Below, in pieces: positions 26,501 to 42,900 of a stretch of 64,000 bases of DNA (its first letter is position 1; each line of letters begins with the position of its first letter). A program made the translations under genes and the position numbers. This DNA is from Bugula neritina. Lineage: Eukaryota > Animalia > Bryozoa. The DNA is taken from contig OZ037766.1 of NCBI GenBank assembly GCA_964035545.1, positions 17,943,081 through 18,007,080 of the forward strand. The letters are read 5' to 3'. Below the pieces are notes generated by a model. It ran no database searches and had not been told where the DNA came from. It saw only the letters and a program-made list of their open reading frames with translations.

Positions 26501-29500
26501 TATTTCAATGTGTTGCAGTGTATTTCAATATGTTACAGTGTATTTCAGTATGTTGCAGTATGTTGCAGTCTGATGCAGTATGTTGCAGTGTATTTCTGAT
26601 TGTTACAGTGTATTTCAGTATCTTGCAGTATATCTCAGTATGTTACAGTATATTTCAGTATGTTACAGTATATTTCAGTGTGTTACAGTATGTTGAGTAT
26701 ATTTCAGTAGTTTGCAACATATTTCAGTAGGTTACCAGATATTTCGGTATGTTGCAGCATATTTCAATGTGTTGCAGTGTATTTAAATATGTTACAGTGT
26801 ATTTCAGTATGTTGCAGTATGTTGCAGTATGATGCAGTATGTTTCAGTGTATTTCTGTATGTTACAGTGTATTTCAGTATGTTGCAGTATATTTCAGTAT
26901 GTTACAGTATGTTTCAGTATGTTGCAGTATATTTCAGTGGGTTATAGTATATTTCAGTATGATACAGCGTATTTCAGTATGTTACAGTGTATTTCAGTAT
27001 GTTGCAGCGTTTTGCAATATATTTCAATATGTTACAGCGTATTTCAGTATGTTGCAGTATATTTCAGTATGTTACAATAAATTTCAGTATGTTACAGTAC
27101 ATTTCCGTAAATTACACCATACTTCAGTGAGTTGTAGTATATTTCAGTATCTTGCAGTATACCTCAGTATGTTACTGTATATTTCAGTATGTTACAGTAT
27201 ATTTCAGTGTGTTACAGTAAATTTCAGTATGTTACAGTGCATTTGCAGATATTACACTATACTTCAGTGAGTTTTTGTGTCTTTCAGTATGTTCCAGTAT
27301 ATTTAAGTATGTTGCAGTATTTTGCAATATATTTTAGTATGTTACAGTGTATTTCAGTACGTTGCAGTATATCTCAGTATGATACAATAAATTTCAGTGT
27401 GTTACAGTACATTTCTGCAAATTACACTATACTTCAGTGAGTTGTAGTATATTTCAGTATCTTGCAGTATATCTCAGTATGTTACAGTTTATTTCAGTAT
27501 GTTCCAGTATATTTCAGCGTGTTGCAGTATATTTCAGCATGCCACAGTACATTTTTAGATTTTTCACTATACTTCAGTGAGTTTTTGTGTCTTTCAGTAT
27601 GTTGCAGTATAATTCGGTATCTTGCAACTTATTTCAATGTGTTGCAATGTATTTCAATATGTTACAGTGTATTTAGGTATGTTGCAGTATGTTGCAGTGT
27701 ATTTCAGTATGTTACAGTGTATTTCAGTAGGTTTCAGTATCTTGCAGTATATTTCAGTATGTTGCAGTATATTTCAGTGGGTTACAGTATATTCCAGTAT
27801 GTTCCAGTATGTTGCAGTGTATTTCAGTATGTTACAGTGTATTTCAGTATGTTGCAGTATGTTGCAGTGTATTTCTGTATGTTACAGCGTATTTCTGTAC
27901 GTTACAGTGTATTTCAGTAGTTTGCAACATATTTCAGTAGGTTACCATATATTTCGGTATGTTGCAGCATATTTCAATGTGTTGCAGTGTATTTCAATAT
28001 GTTACAGTGTATTTCAGTATGTTGCAGTATGTTGCAGTGTATTTCTGTATGTTACAGGGTATTTCAGTATGTTGCAGTGTATTTCAGTATGTTGCAGTAT
28101 ATTTCAGTATGTTACAGTATGTTTCAGTATGTTGCAGTATATTTCAGTGGGTTATAGTATATTTCAGTATGATACAGCGTATTTCAGTATGTAACAGTAT
28201 ATTTCAGTGTGTTACAGTATGTTGAGTATATTTCAGTAGTTTGCAACATATTTCAGTAGGTTACCAGATATTTCGGTATGTTGCAGCATATTTCAATGTG
28301 TTACAGTGTATTTCAGTATGTTGCAATATATTTCAGTATGATACAATAAATTCCAGTATGTTACAGTACATTTCCATAAATTACACTATACTTCAGTGAG
28401 TTGTAGTGCATTTTGGTATCTTGCAGTATATCTCAGTATGTTACAGTATAGTTCAGTATGTTGCAGTATATTTCAGCGTGTTTCAGTATATTTCAGTATG
28501 TCACAGTGCATTTCCAGATATTACACTATACTTCAGTGAGTTTTAGTGTTTTTCAGTATGTTGCAGTATGTTGCAGTGTATTTCAGTATGTTACAGTGTA
28601 TTTCAGTAGGTTTCAGTGTCTTGCAGTATAATTCAGCATGTTGCAGTATATTTCAGGATGTTGCAGTATGTTTCAGTATGTTACAGTATTTTGCAGTATT
28701 TTGCAGTATAGTTCAGTGTGTTACAGTATATTTCATTATGTTGCAGTATGTTGCAGTATATTTCAGTAGTTTGCAACATATTTCAGTAGGTTACCATATA
28801 TTTCGGTATGTTGCAGCATATTTCAATGTGTTGCAGTGTATTTCAATATGTTACAGTGTATTTCAGCATGTTGCAGTATGTTGCAGTATGCTGCAGTATG
28901 TTGCAGTGTATTTCTGTATGTTACCGTGTATTTCAGTATGTTGCAGTATATTTCAGTATGTTACAGTATATTTCAGTATGTTGCAGTATATTTCAGTGGG
29001 TTATAGTATATTTCAGTATGATACGGCGTCTTTCAGTATGTTACAGTGTATTTCAGTATGTTGCAGTATTTTGCAACATGTTTCAGTATGTTACAGTGTA
29101 TTTCAGTATGTTGCAGTATATTTCAGTATGTTGCAGTATATTTCAGTGGGTTATAGTATATTTCAGTATGATACAGCGTATTTCAGTATGTTACAGTGTA
29201 TTTCAGTATGTTACAGTATGTTTCAGTATGTTGCAGTATATTTCCGTGGGTTATAGTATATTTCAGTATGATACAGCGTATTTCAGTATGTTACAGTGTA
29301 TTTCAGTATGTTGCGGTATTTTGCAATGCATTTCAGTATGTTACAGTGTATTTCAGTATGTTGCAGTATATTTCAGTATGTTACAATAAATTTCAGTATG
29401 TTACAGTACATTTCCGTAAATTATACCATGCTTCAGTGAGTTGTAGTATATTTCAGTATCTTGCAGCATATCTCAGTATGTTACAGTATATTTCAGTATG

Positions 29501-29710
29501 TTACAGTATATTTCAGTGTGTTACAGTATGTTGAGTATATTTCAGTAGTTTACAACATATTTCAGTAGGTTACCAGATATTTCGGTATGTTGCAGCATAT
29601 TTCAATGTGTTGCAGTGTATTTCAATATGTTACAGTGTATTTCAGTATGTTGCAGTATGTTGCAGTCTGATGCAGTATGTTGCAGTGTATTTCTGATTGT
29701 TACAGTGTAT
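23515..29710 (+). repeat. Tandem higher-order repeat, period 3097 bp (about 2 copies)
   Basis: Offsets 23732/26829, 24525/27622, 25449/28546 and 26099/29196. The copies share private variants such as TATACCTCAG and GTTACCGTGT. Confidence 0.87.
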
Positions 29711-31249
29711 TTCAGTATGTTGCAGTATATTTCAGTATGTTACAGTATGTTTCAGTATGTTGCAGTATACTTCAGTGGGTTATAGTATATTTCAGTATGA
29801 TACAGCGTATTTCAGTATGTTACAGTGTATTTCAGTATGTTACAGTATGTTTCAGTATGTTGCAATATATTTCCGTGGGTTATAGTATATTTCAGTCTGA
29901 TACAGCGTATTTCAGTATGTTACAGTGTATTTCAGTATGTTGCAGTATTTTGCAATGCATTTCAGTATGTTACAGTGTATTTCAGTATGTTGCAGTATAT
30001 TTCAGTATGTTACAATAAATTTCAGTATGTTACAGTACATTTCCTTAAATTACACCATACTTCAGTGAGTTGTAGTATATTTCAGTATCTTGCAGTATAT
30101 CTCAGTATGTTACAGTATATTTCAGTATGTTACAGTATATTTCAGTGTGTTACAGTATGTTGAGTATATTTCAGTAGTTTGCAACATATTTCAGTAGGTT
30201 ACCAGATATTTCGGTATGTTGCAGCGTATTTCAATGTGTTGCAGTGTATTTCAATATGTTACAGTGTATTTCAGTATGTTGCAGTATGTTGCAGTATGAT
30301 GCAGTATGTTTCAGTGTATTTCTGTATGTTACAGTGTATTTCAGTATGTTGCAGTATATCTCAGTATGTTACTGTATATTTCAGTATGTTTCAGTATATT
30401 TCATTGTATTACAGTAAATTTCAGTATGTTACAGTGCATTTGCAGATATTACACTATACGTCAGTGAGTTTTAGTGTGTTTCAGTATGTTCCAGTACATT
30501 TAAGTATTTTGCAGTATTTTGCAATATATTTTAGTATGTTACAGTGTATTTCAGTACGTTGCAGTATATTTCAGTATGATACAATAAATTTCAGTGTGTT
30601 ACAGTACATTTCTGCAAATTACACTATACTTCAGTGAGTTGTAGTATATTTCAGTATCTTGCAGTATATCTCAGTATGTTACAGTTTATTTCAGTATGCT
30701 CCAGTATATTTCAGCGTGTTTCAGTATATTTCAGCATGCCAAGGTGCATTTTTAGATTTTTCACTATACTTCAGTGAGTTTTAGTGTCTTTCAGTATGTT
30801 GCAGTATATTTCGATATCTTGCAACTTATTTCAATGTGTTGCAATGTATTTCAACATGTTACAGTGCATTTCAGTATGTTGCAGTATGTTGCAGTGTATT
30901 TCAGTATGTTACAGTGTATTTCAGTAGGTTTCAGTATCTTGCAGTATATTTCAGTATGTTGCAGTATATTTCAGTGGGTTACAGTATATTCCAGTATGTT
31001 CCAGTATGTTGCAGTATATTTCAGTATGTTGCAGTGTATTTCAGTATGTTACAGTGTATATCAGTATGTTGCAGTATGTTGCAGTGTATTTCTGTATGTT
31101 ACAGCGTATTTCTGTATGTTGCTGTATATTTCAGTGGGTTATAGTATATTTCAGTCTGATACAGCGTATTTCAGTATGTTACAGTGTATTTCAGTATGTT
31201 GCAGTATTTTGCAATATATTTCAGTATGTTACAGCGTATTTCAGTATGT

Positions 31250-34200
31250 TGCAGTATATTTCAGTATGTTACAATAAATTTCAGTATGTTACAGTACATT
31301 TCCGTAAATTACACTATACTTCAGTGAGTTGTAGTATATTTCAGTATCTTGCAGTATATCTCAGTATGTTACTGTATATTTCAGTATGTTACAGTATATT
31401 TCAGTGTGTTACAGTAAATTTCAGTATGTTACAGTGCATTTGCAGATATTACACTATACTTCAGTGAGTTTTAGTGTCTTTCAGTATGTTGCAGTATATT
31501 TCAGTATGTTGCAGTATTTTGCAATACATTTTAGTATGTTACAGTGTATTTCAGTATGTTACAGTATGTTTCAGTATGTTGCAGTATATTTCCGTGGGTT
31601 ATAGTATATTTCAGTATGATAGAGCGTATTTCAGTATGTTACAGTGTATTTCAGTATGTTGCGGTATTTTGCAATGCATTTCAGTATGTTACAGTGTATT
31701 TCAGTATGTTGCAGTATATTTCAGTATGTTACAATAAATTTCAGTATGTTACAGTACATTTCCGTAAATTACACCATGCTTCAGTGAGTTGTAGTATATT
31801 TCAGTATCTTGAAGCATATCTCAGTATGTTACAGTATATTTCATTATGTTACAGTATATTTCAGTGTGTTACAGTATGTTGAGTATATTTCAGTAGTTTG
31901 CAACATATTTCAGTAGGTTACCAGATATTTCGGTATGTTGCAGCATATTTCAATGTGTTGCAGTGTATTTCAATATGTTACAGTGTATTTCAGTATGTTG
32001 CAGTATGTTGCAGTCTGATGCAGTATGTTGCAGTGTCATTCTGATTGTTACTGTGTATTTCAGTATGTTACAGTATGTTTCAGTATGTTGCAGTATACTT
32101 CAGTGGGTTATAGTATATTTCAGTATGATACAGTGTATTTCAGTATGTTGCAGTATATTTCAGTATGTTACAATAAATTTCAGTATGTTACAGTACATTT
32201 CCTTAAATTACACCATACTTCAGTGAGTTGTAGTATATTTCAGTATCTTGCAGTATATCTCAGTATGTTACAGTTTATTTCAGGATGCTCCAGTATATTT
32301 CAGCGTGTTTCAGTATATTTCAGCATGCCAAGGTGCATTTTTAGATTTTTCACTATACTTCAGTGAGTTTTAGTGTCTTTCAGTATGTTGCAGTATATTT
32401 CGATATCTTGCAACTTATTTCAATGTGTTGCAATGTATTTCAACATGTTACAGTGTATTCCAGTATGTTGCAGTATGTTGCAGTGTATTTCAGTATGTTA
32501 CAGTGTATTTCAGTAGGTTTCAGTATCTTGCAGTATATTTCAGTATGTTGCAGTATATTTCAGTGGGTTACAGTATATTCCAGTATGTTCCAGTATGTTG
32601 CAGTATATTTCAGTATGTTGCAGTGTATTTCAGTATGTTACAGTGTATTTCAGTATGTTGCAGTATGTTGCAGTGTATTTCTGTATGTTACAGCGTATTT
32701 CTGTATGTTACAGTGTATTTCAGTAGTTTGCAACATATTTCAGTAGGTTACCATATATTTTGGTATGTTGCAGCATATTTCAATGTGTTGCAGTGTATTT
32801 CAATATGTTACAGTGTATTTCAGTATGTTGCAGTATGTTGCAGTGTATTTCTGTATGTTACAGGGTATTTCAGTATGTTGCAGTATATTTCAGTATGTTA
32901 CTGTATGTTTCAGTATGTTGCAGTATATCTCCGTGGGTTATAGTATATTTCAGTATGATACAGCGTATTTCAGTATGTTACAGTGTATTTCAGTATGTTG
33001 AAGTATTTTGCAATGCATTTCAGTATGTTACAGTGTATTTCAGTATGTTGCAGTATATTTCAGTATGTTACAATAAATTTCAGTATGTTACAGTACATTT
33101 CCTTAAATTACACCATACTTCAGTGAGTTGTAGTATATTTCAGTATCTTGCAGTATATCTCAGTATGTTACAGTATATTTCAGTATGTTACAGTATATTT
33201 CAGTGTGTTACAGTATGTTGAGTATATTTCAGTAGTTTGCAACATATTTCAGTAGGTTACCAGATATTTCGGTATGTTGCAGCATATTTCAATGTGTTGC
33301 AGTGTATTTCAATATGTTACAGTGTATTTCAGTATGTTGCAGTATGTTGCAGTATGATGCAGTATGTTTCAGTGTATTTCTGTATGTTACAGTGTATTTC
33401 AGTATGTTGCAGTATATCTCAGTATGTTACTGTATATTTCAGTATGTTTCAGTATATTTCATTGTATTACAGTAAATTTCAGTATGTTACAGTGCATTTG
33501 CAGATATTACACTATACGTCAGTGAGCTTTAGTGTGTTTCAGTATGTTCCAGTATATTTAAGTATTTTGCAGTATTTTGCAATATATTTTAGTATGTTAC
33601 AGTGTATTTCAGTACGTTGCAGTATATTTCAGTATGATACAAAAAATTTCAGTGTGTTACAGTACATTTCTACAAATTACACTATACTTCAGTGAGTTGT
33701 AGTATATTTCAGTATCTTGCAGTATATCTCAGTATGTTACAGTTTATTTCAGTATGCTCCAGTATATTTCAGCGTGTTTCAGTATATTTCAGCATGCCAA
33801 GGTGCATTTTTAGATTTTTCACTATACTTCAGTGAGTTTTAGAGTCTTTGAGTATGTTGCAGTATATTTCGATATCTTGCAACTTATTTCAATGTGTTGC
33901 AATGTATTTCAACATGTTACAGTGTATTTCAGTATGTTGCAGTATGTTGCAGTGTATTTGAGTATGTTACAGTGTATTTCAGTAGGTTTCAGTATCTTGC
34001 AGTATATTTCAGTATGTTGCAGTATATTTCAGTGGGTTACAGTATATTCCAGTATGTTCCAGTATGTTGCAGTATATTTCAGTATGTTGCAGTGTATTTC
34101 AGTATGTTACAGTGTATTTCAGTATGTTGCAGTATGTTGCAGTGTATTTCTGTATGTTACAGCGTATTTCTGTATGTTGCAGTATATTTCAGTGGGTTAT

Positions 34201-37200
34201 AGTATATTTCAGTCTGATACAGCGTATTTCAGTATGTTACAGTGTATTTCAGTATGTTGCAGTATTTTGCAATATATTTCAGTATGTTACAGCGTATTTC
34301 AGTATGTTGCAGTATATTTCAGTATGATACAGTACATTTCCGTAAATTACACTATACTTCAGTCAGTTGTAGTATATTTCAGTATCTTGCAGTATATCTC
34401 AGTATGTTACTGTATATTTCAGTATGTTACAGTATATTTCAGTGTGTTACAGTAAATTTCAGTATGTTACAGTGCATTTGCAGATATTACACTATACTTC
34501 AGTGAGTTTTCGTGTCTTTCAGTATGTTGCAGTATATTTCAGTATGTTGCAGTATTTTGCAATACATTTTAGTATGTTACAGTGTATTTCAGTATGTTGC
34601 AGTATATTTCAGTATGATACAATAAATTCCAGTATGTTACAGTACATTTCCGTAAATTACACTATACTTCAGTGAGTTGTAGTACATTTTGGTATCTTGC
34701 AGTATATCTCAGTATGTTACAGTATATTTCAGTATGTTGCAGTATATTTCAGCGTGTTTCAGTATATTTCAGTATGTCACAGTGCATTTCCAGATATTAC
34801 ACTATACTTCAGTGAGTTTTAGTGTTTTTCAGTATGTTGCAGTATGTTGCAGTGTGTTTCAGTATGTTACAGTGTATTTCAGTAGGTTTCAGTGTCTTGC
34901 AGTATAATTCAGCATGTTGCAGTATATTTCAGGATGTTGCAGTATGTTTCAGTATGTCACAGTATTTTGCAGCAGTTTGTAGTTTAGTTCAGTGTGTTAC
35001 AGTATATTTTATTATGTTGCAGTATGTTGCAGTATATTTCAGTAGTTTGCAACATATTTCAGTAGGTTACCATATATTTCGGTATGTTGCAGCATATTTC
35101 AATGTGTTGCAGTGTATTTCAATATGTTACAGTGCATTTCAGCATGTTGCAGTATGTTGCAGTATGCTGCAGTATGTTGCAGTGTATTTCTGTATGTTAC
35201 AGTTTATTTCAGTATGCTCCAGTATATTTCAGCGTGTTTCAGTATATTTCAGCATGCCAAGGTGCATTTTTAGATTTTTCACTATACTTCAGTGAGTTTT
35301 AGAGTCTTTCAGTATGTTGCAGTATATTTCGATATCTTGCAACTTATTTCAGTGTGTTGCAATGTATTTCAACATGTTACAGTGTATTTCAGTATGTTGC
35401 AGTATGTTGCAGTGTATTTCAGTATGTTACAGTGTATTTCAGTAGGTTTCAGTATCTTGCAGTATATTTCAGTATGTTGCAGTATATTTCAGTGGGTTAC
35501 AGTATATTCCAGTATGTTCCAGTATGTTGCAGTATATTTCAGTATGTTGCAGTGTATTTCAGTATGTTACAGTGTATTTCAGTATGTTGCAGTATGTTGC
35601 AGTGTATTTCTGTATGTTACAGCGTATTTCTGTATGTTGCAGTATATTTCAGTGGGTTATAGTATATTTCAGTCTGATACAGCGTATTTCAGTATGTTAC
35701 AGTGTATTTCAGTATGTTGCAGTATTTTGCAATATATTTCAGTATGTTACAGCGTATTTCAGTATGTTGCAGTATATTTCAGTATGATACAGTACATTTC
35801 CGTAAATTACACTATACTTCAGTCAGTTGTAGTATATTTCAGTATCTTGCAGTATATTTCAGTATGTTGCAGTATATTTCAGTGGGTTATAGTATATTTC
35901 AGTATGATACAGCGTATTTCAGTATGTTACAGTGTATTTCAGTATGTTACAGTATGTTTCAGTATGTTGCAGTATATTTCCGTGGGTTATAGTATATTTC
36001 AGTATGTTGCAGTATATTTCAGTATGTTACAATAAATTTCAGTATGTTACAGTACATTTCCGTAAATTACACTATACTTCAGTGAGTTGTAGTATATTTC
36101 AGTATCTTGCAGTATATCTCAGTATGTTACTGTATATTTCAGTATGTTACAGTATATTTCAGTGTGTTACAGTAAATTTCAGTATGTTACAGTGCATTTG
36201 CAGATATTACACTATACTTCAGTGAGTTTTAGTGTCTTTCAGTATGTTGCAGTATATTTCAGTATGTTGCAGTATTTTGCAATACATTTTAGTATGTTAC
36301 AGTGTATTTCAGTATGTTACAGTATGTTTCAGTATGTTGCAGTATATTTCCGTGGGTTATAGTATATTTCAGTATGATACAGCGTATTTCCGTATGTTAC
36401 AGTGTATTTCAGTATGTTGCGGTATTTTGCAATGCATTTCAGTATGTTACAGTGTATTTCAGTATGTTGCAGTATATTTCAGTATGTTACAATAAATTTC
36501 AGTATGTTACAGTACATTTCCGTAAATTACACCATGCTTCAGTGAGTTGTAGTATATTTCAGTATCTTGAAGCATATCTCAGTATGTTACAGTATATTTC
36601 ATTATGTTACAGTATACTTCAGTGTGTTACAGTATGTTGAGTATATTTCAGTAGTTTGCAACATATTTCAGTAGGTTACCAGATATTTCGGTATGTTGCA
36701 GCATATTTCAATGTGTTGCAGTGTATTTCAATATGTTACAGTGTATTTCAGTATGTTGCAGTATGTTGCAGTCTGATGCAGTATGTTGCAGTGTCTTTCT
36801 GATTGTTACTGTGTATTTCAGTATGTTACAGTATGTTTCAGTATGTTGCAGTATACTTCAGTGGGTTATAGTATATTTCAGTATGATACAGTGTATTTCA
36901 GTATGTTGCAGTATATTTCAGTATGTTACAATAAATTTCAGTATGTTACAGTACATTTCCTTAAATTACACCATACTTCAGTGAGTTGTAGTATATTTCA
37001 GTATCTTGCAGTATATCTCAGTATGTTACAGTTTATTTCAGGATGCTCCAGTATATTTCAGCGTGTTTCAGTATATTTCAGCATGCCAAGGTGCATTTTT
37101 AGATTTTTCACTATACTTCAGTGAGTTTTAGTGTCTTTCAGTATGTTGCAGTATATTTCGATATCTTGCAACTTATTTCAATGTGTTGCAATGTATTTCA

Positions 37201-39960
37201 ACATGTTACAGTGTATTCCAGTATGTTGCAGTATGTTGCAGTGTATTTCAGTATGTTACAGTGTATTTCAGTAGGTTTCAGTATCTTGCAGTATATTTCA
37301 GTATGTTGCAGTATATTTCAGTGGGTTACAGTATATTCCAGTATGTTCCAGTATGTTGCAGTATATTTCAGTATGTTGCAGTGTATTTCAGTATGTTACA
37401 GTGTATTTCAGCATGTTGCAGTATGTTGCAGTGTATTTCTGTATGTTACAGCGTATTTCTGTATGTTACAGTGTATTTCAGTAGTTTGTAACATATTTCA
37501 GTAGGTTACCATATATTTTGGTATGTTGCAGCATATTTCAATGTGTTGCAGTGTATTTCAATATGTTACAGTGTATTTCAGTATGTTGCAGTATGTTGCA
37601 GTGTATTTCTGTATGTTACAGGGTATTTCAGTATGTTGCAGTATATTTCAGTATGTTACTGTATGTTTCAGTATGTTGCAGTATATCTCCGTGGGTTATA
37701 GTATATTTCAGTATGATACAGCGTATTTCAGTATGTTACAGTGTATTTCAGTATGTTGAAGTATTTTGCAATGCATTTCAGTATGTTACAGTGTATTTCA
37801 GTATGTTGCAGTATATTTCAGTATGTTACAATAAATTTCAGTATGTTACAGTACATTTCTTTAAATTACACCATACTTCAGTGAGTTGTAGTATATTTCA
37901 GTATCTTGCAGTATATCTCAGTATGTTACAGTATATTTCAGTATGTTACAGTATATTTCAGTGTGTTACAGTATGTTGAGTATATTTCAGTAGTTTGCAA
38001 CATATTTCAGTAGGTTACCAGATATTTCGGTATGTTGCAGCATATTTCAATGTGTTGCAGTGTATTTCAATATGTTACAGTGTATTTCAGTATGTTGCAG
38101 TATGTTGCAGTATGATGCAGTATGTTTCAGTGTATTTCTGTATGTTACAGTGTATTTCAGTATGTTGCAGTATATCTCAGTATGTTACTGTATATTTCAG
38201 TATGTTTCAGTATATTTCATTGTATTACAGTAAATTTCAGTACGTTACAGTGCATTTGCAGATATTACACTATACGTCAGTGAGCTTTAGTGTGTTTCAG
38301 TATGTTCCAGTATATTTAAGTATTTTGCAGTATTTTGCAATATATTTTAGTATGTTACAGTGTATTTCAGTACGTTGCAGTATATTTCAGTATGATACAA
38401 TAAATTTCAGTGTGTTACAGTACATTTCTACAAATTACACTATACTTCAGTGAGTTGTAGTATATTTCAGTATCTTGCAGTATATCTCAGTATGTTACAG
38501 TTTATTTCAGTATGCTCCAGTATATTTCAGCGTGTTTCAGTATATTTCAGCATGCCAAGGTGCATTTTTAGATTTTTCACTATACTTCAGTGAGTTTTAG
38601 AGTCTTTCAGTATGTTGCAGTATATTTCGATATCTTGCAACTTATTTCAATGTGTTGCAATGTATTTCAACATGTTACAGTGTATTTCAGTATGTTGCAG
38701 TATGTTGCAGTGTATTTCAGTATGTTACAGTGTATTTCAGTAGGTTTCAGTATCTTGCAGTATATTTCAGTATGTTGCAGTATATTTCAGTGGGTTACAG
38801 TATATTCCAGTATGTTCCAGTATGTTGCAGTATATTTCAGTATGTTGCAGTGTATTTCAGTATGTTACAGTGTATTTCAGTATGTTGCAGTATGTTGCAG
38901 TGTATTTCTGTATGTTACAGCGTATTTCTGTATGTTGCAGTATATTTCAGTGGGTTATAGTATATTTCAGTCTGATACAGCGTATTTCAGTATGTTACAG
39001 TGTATTTCAGTATGTTGCAGTATTTTGCAATATATTTCAGTATGTTACAGCGTATTTCAGTATGTTGCAGTATATTTCAGTATGATACAGTACATTTCCG
39101 TAAATTACACTATACTTCAGTCAGTTGTAGTATATTTCAGTATCTTGCAGTATATCTCAGTATGTTACTGTATATTTCAGTATGTTACAGTATATTTCAG
39201 TGTGTTACAGTAAATTTCAGTATGTTACAGTGCATTTGCAGATATTACACTATACTTCAGTGAGTTTTCGTGTCCTTCAGTATGTTGCAGTATATTTCAG
39301 TATGTTGCAGTATTTTGCAATACATTTTAGTATGTTACAGTGTATTTCAGTATGTTGCAGTATATTTCAGTATGATACAATAAATTCCAGTATGTTACAG
39401 TACATTTCCGTAAATTACACTATACTTCAGTGAGTTGTAGTACATTTTGGTATCTTGCAGTATATCTCAGTATGTTACAGTATATTTCAGTATGTTGCAG
39501 TATATTTCAGCGTGTTTCAGTATATTTCAGTATGTCACAGTGCATTTCCAGATATTACACTATACTTCAGTGAGTTTTAGTGTTTTTCAGTATGTTGCAG
39601 TATGTTGCAGTGTGTTTCAGTATGTTACAGTGTATTTCAGTAGGTTTCAGTGTCTTGCAGTAAAATTCAGCATGTTGCTGTATATTTCAGGATGTTGCAG
39701 TATGTTGCAGTATGTCACAGTATTTTGCAGCAGTTTGCAGTTTAGTTCAGTGTGTTACAGTATATTTCATTATGTTGCAGTATGTTGCAGTATATTTCAG
39801 TAGTTTGCAACATATTTCAGTAGGTTACCATATATTTCGGTATGTTGCAGCATATTTCAATGTGTTGCAGTGTATTTCAATATGTTACAGTGCATTTCAG
39901 CATGTTGCAGTATGTTGCAGTATGCTGCAGTATGTTGCAGTGTATTTCTGTATGTTACAG
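31250..39960 (+). repeat. Tandem higher-order repeat, period 4758 bp (second copy partial)
   Basis: Offsets 31386/36144, 31963/36721, 33237/37995, 33832/38590 and 34689/39447. Shared variants include TTTCTACAAATT and TTCAGTCAGTTG. Confidence 0.85.
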
Positions 39961-42900
39961 TGTATTTCAGTATGTTGCAGTATATTTCAGTATGTTACAG
40001 TATATTTCAGTATGTTGCAGTATATTTCAGTGGGTTATAGTATATTTCAGTATGATACGGCGTCTTTCAGTATGTTACAGTGTATTTCAGTATGTTGCAG
40101 TATTTTGCAATATATTTTAGTATGTTACAGTGTATTTCAGTACGTTGCAGTATATTTCAGTATGATACAATAAATTTCAGTGTGTTACAGTACATTTCTG
40201 CAAATTACACTATACTTCAGTGAGTTGTAGTATATTTCAGTATCTTGCAGTATATATCAGTATGTTACAGTTTATTTCAGTATGTTCCAGTATATTTCAG
40301 CGTGTTGCAGTATATTTCAGCATGCCACAGTACATTTTTTGAATTTTTCACTATACTTCAGTGAGTTTTAGTGTCTTTCAGTATGTTGCAGTATAATTCG
40401 GTATCTTGCAACTTATTTCAATGTGTTGCAATGTATTTCAATATGTTACAGTGTATTTAAGTATGTTGCAGTATGTTGCAGTGTATTTCAGTATGTTACA
40501 GTGCATTTCAGTAGGTTTCAGTATCTTGCAGTATATTTCAGTATGTTGCAGTATATTTCAGTGGGTTACAGTATATTCCAGTATGTTCCAGTATGTTGCA
40601 GTATATTTCAGTATGTTGCAGTGTATTTCAGTATGTTACAGTGTATTTCAGTATGTTGCAGTATGTTGCAGTGTATTTCTGTATGTTACAGCGTATTTCT
40701 GTATGTTACAGTGTATTTCAGTAGTTTGCAACATATTTCAGTAGGTTACCATATATTTCGGTATGTTGCAGCATATTTCAATGTGTTGCAGTGTATTTCA
40801 ATATGTTACAGTGTATTTCAGTATGTTGCAGTATGTTGCAGTGTATTTCTGTATGTTACAGGGTATTTCAGTATGTTGCAGTGTATTTCAGTATGTTGCA
40901 GTATATTTCAATATGTTACAGTATGTTTCAGTATGTTGCAGTATATTTCAGTGGGTTATAGTATATTTCAGTATGATACAGCGTATTTCAGTATGTAACA
41001 GTATATTTCAGGGTGTTACAGTATGTTGAGTATATTTCAGTAGTTTGCAACATATTTCAGTAGGTTACCAGATATTTCGGTATGTTGCAGCATATTTCAA
41101 TGTGTTACAGTGTATTTCAGTATGTTGCAATATATTTCAGTATGATACAATAAATTCCAGTATGTTACAGTACATTTCCATAAATTACACTATACTTCAG
41201 TGAGTTGTAGTGCATTTTGGTATCTTGCAGTATATCTCAGTATGTTACAGTATAGTTCAGTATGTTGCAGTATATTTCAGCGTGTTTCAGTATATTTCAG
41301 TATGTCACAGTGCATTTCCAGATATTACACTATACTTCAGTGAGTTTTAGTGTTTTTCAGTATGTTGCAGTATGTTGCAGTGTATTTCAGTATGTTACAG
41401 TGTATTTCAGTAGGTTTCAGTGTCTTGCAGTATAATTCAGCATGTTGCAGTATATTTCAGGATGTTGCAGTATGTTTCAGTATGTTACAGTATTTTGCAG
41501 TATTTTGCAGTATAGTTCAGTGTGTTACAGTATATTTCATTATGTTGCAGTATGTTGCAGTATATTTCAGTAGTTTGCAACATATTTCAGTAGGTTACCA
41601 TATATTTCGGTATGTTGCAGCATATTTCAATGTGTTGCAGTGTATTTCAATATGTTACAGTGTATTTCAGCATGTTGCAGTATGTTGCAGTATGCTGCAG
41701 TATGTTGCAGTGTATTTCTGTATGTTACAGTGTATTTCAGTATGTTGCAGTATATTTCAGTATGTTACAGTATATTTCAGTATGTTGCAGTATATTTCAG
41801 TGGGTTATAGTATATTTCAGTATGATACGGCGTCTTTCAGTATGTTACAGTGTATTTCAGTATGTTGCAGTATTTTGCAATATGTTTCAGTATGTTACAG
41901 TGTATTTCAGTATGTTGCAGTATATTTCAGTATGTTGCAGTATATTTCAGTGGGTTATAGTATAATTCAGTATGATACAGCGTATTTCAGTATGTTACAG
42001 TGTATTTCAGTATGTTACAGTATGTTTCAGTATGTTGCAGTATATTTCCGTGGGTTATAGTATATTTCAGTATGATACAGCGTATTTCAGTATGTTACAG
42101 TGTATTTCAGTATGTTGCGGTATTTTGCAATGCATTTCAGTATGTTACAGTGTATTTCAGTATGTTGCAGTATATTTCAGTATGTTACAATAAATTTCAG
42201 TATGTTACAGTACATTTCCGTAAATTATACCATGCTTCAGTGAGTTGTAGTATATTTCAGTATCTTGCAGCATATCTCAGTATGTTACAGTATATTTCAG
42301 TATGTTACAGTATATTTCAGTGTGTTACAGTATGTTGAGTATATTTCAGTAGTTTGCAACATATTTCAGTAGGTTACCAGATATTTCGGTATGTTGCAGC
42401 ATATTTCAATGTGTTGCAGTGTATTTCAATATGTTACAGTGTATTTCAGTATGTTGCAGTATGTTGCAGTCTGATGCAGTATGTTGCAGTGTATTTCTGA
42501 TTGTTACAGTGTATTTCAGTATGTTGCAGTATATTTCAGTATGTTACAGTATGTTTCAGTATGTTGCAGTATACTTCAGTGGGTTATAGTATATTTCAGT
42601 ATGATACAGCGTATTTCAGTATGTTACAGTGTATTTCAGTATGTTACAGTATGTTTCAGTATGTTGCAATATATTTCCGTGGGTTATAGTATATTTCAGT
42701 ATGATACAGCATATTTCAGTATGTTACAGTGTATTTCAGTATGTTGCAGTATTTTGCAATGCATTTCAGTATGTTACAGTGTATTTCAGTATGTTGCAGT
42801 ATATTTCAGTACGTTACAATAAATTTCAGTATGTTACAGTACATTTCCTTAAATTACACCATACTTCAGTGAGTTGTAGTATATTTCAGTATCTTGCAGT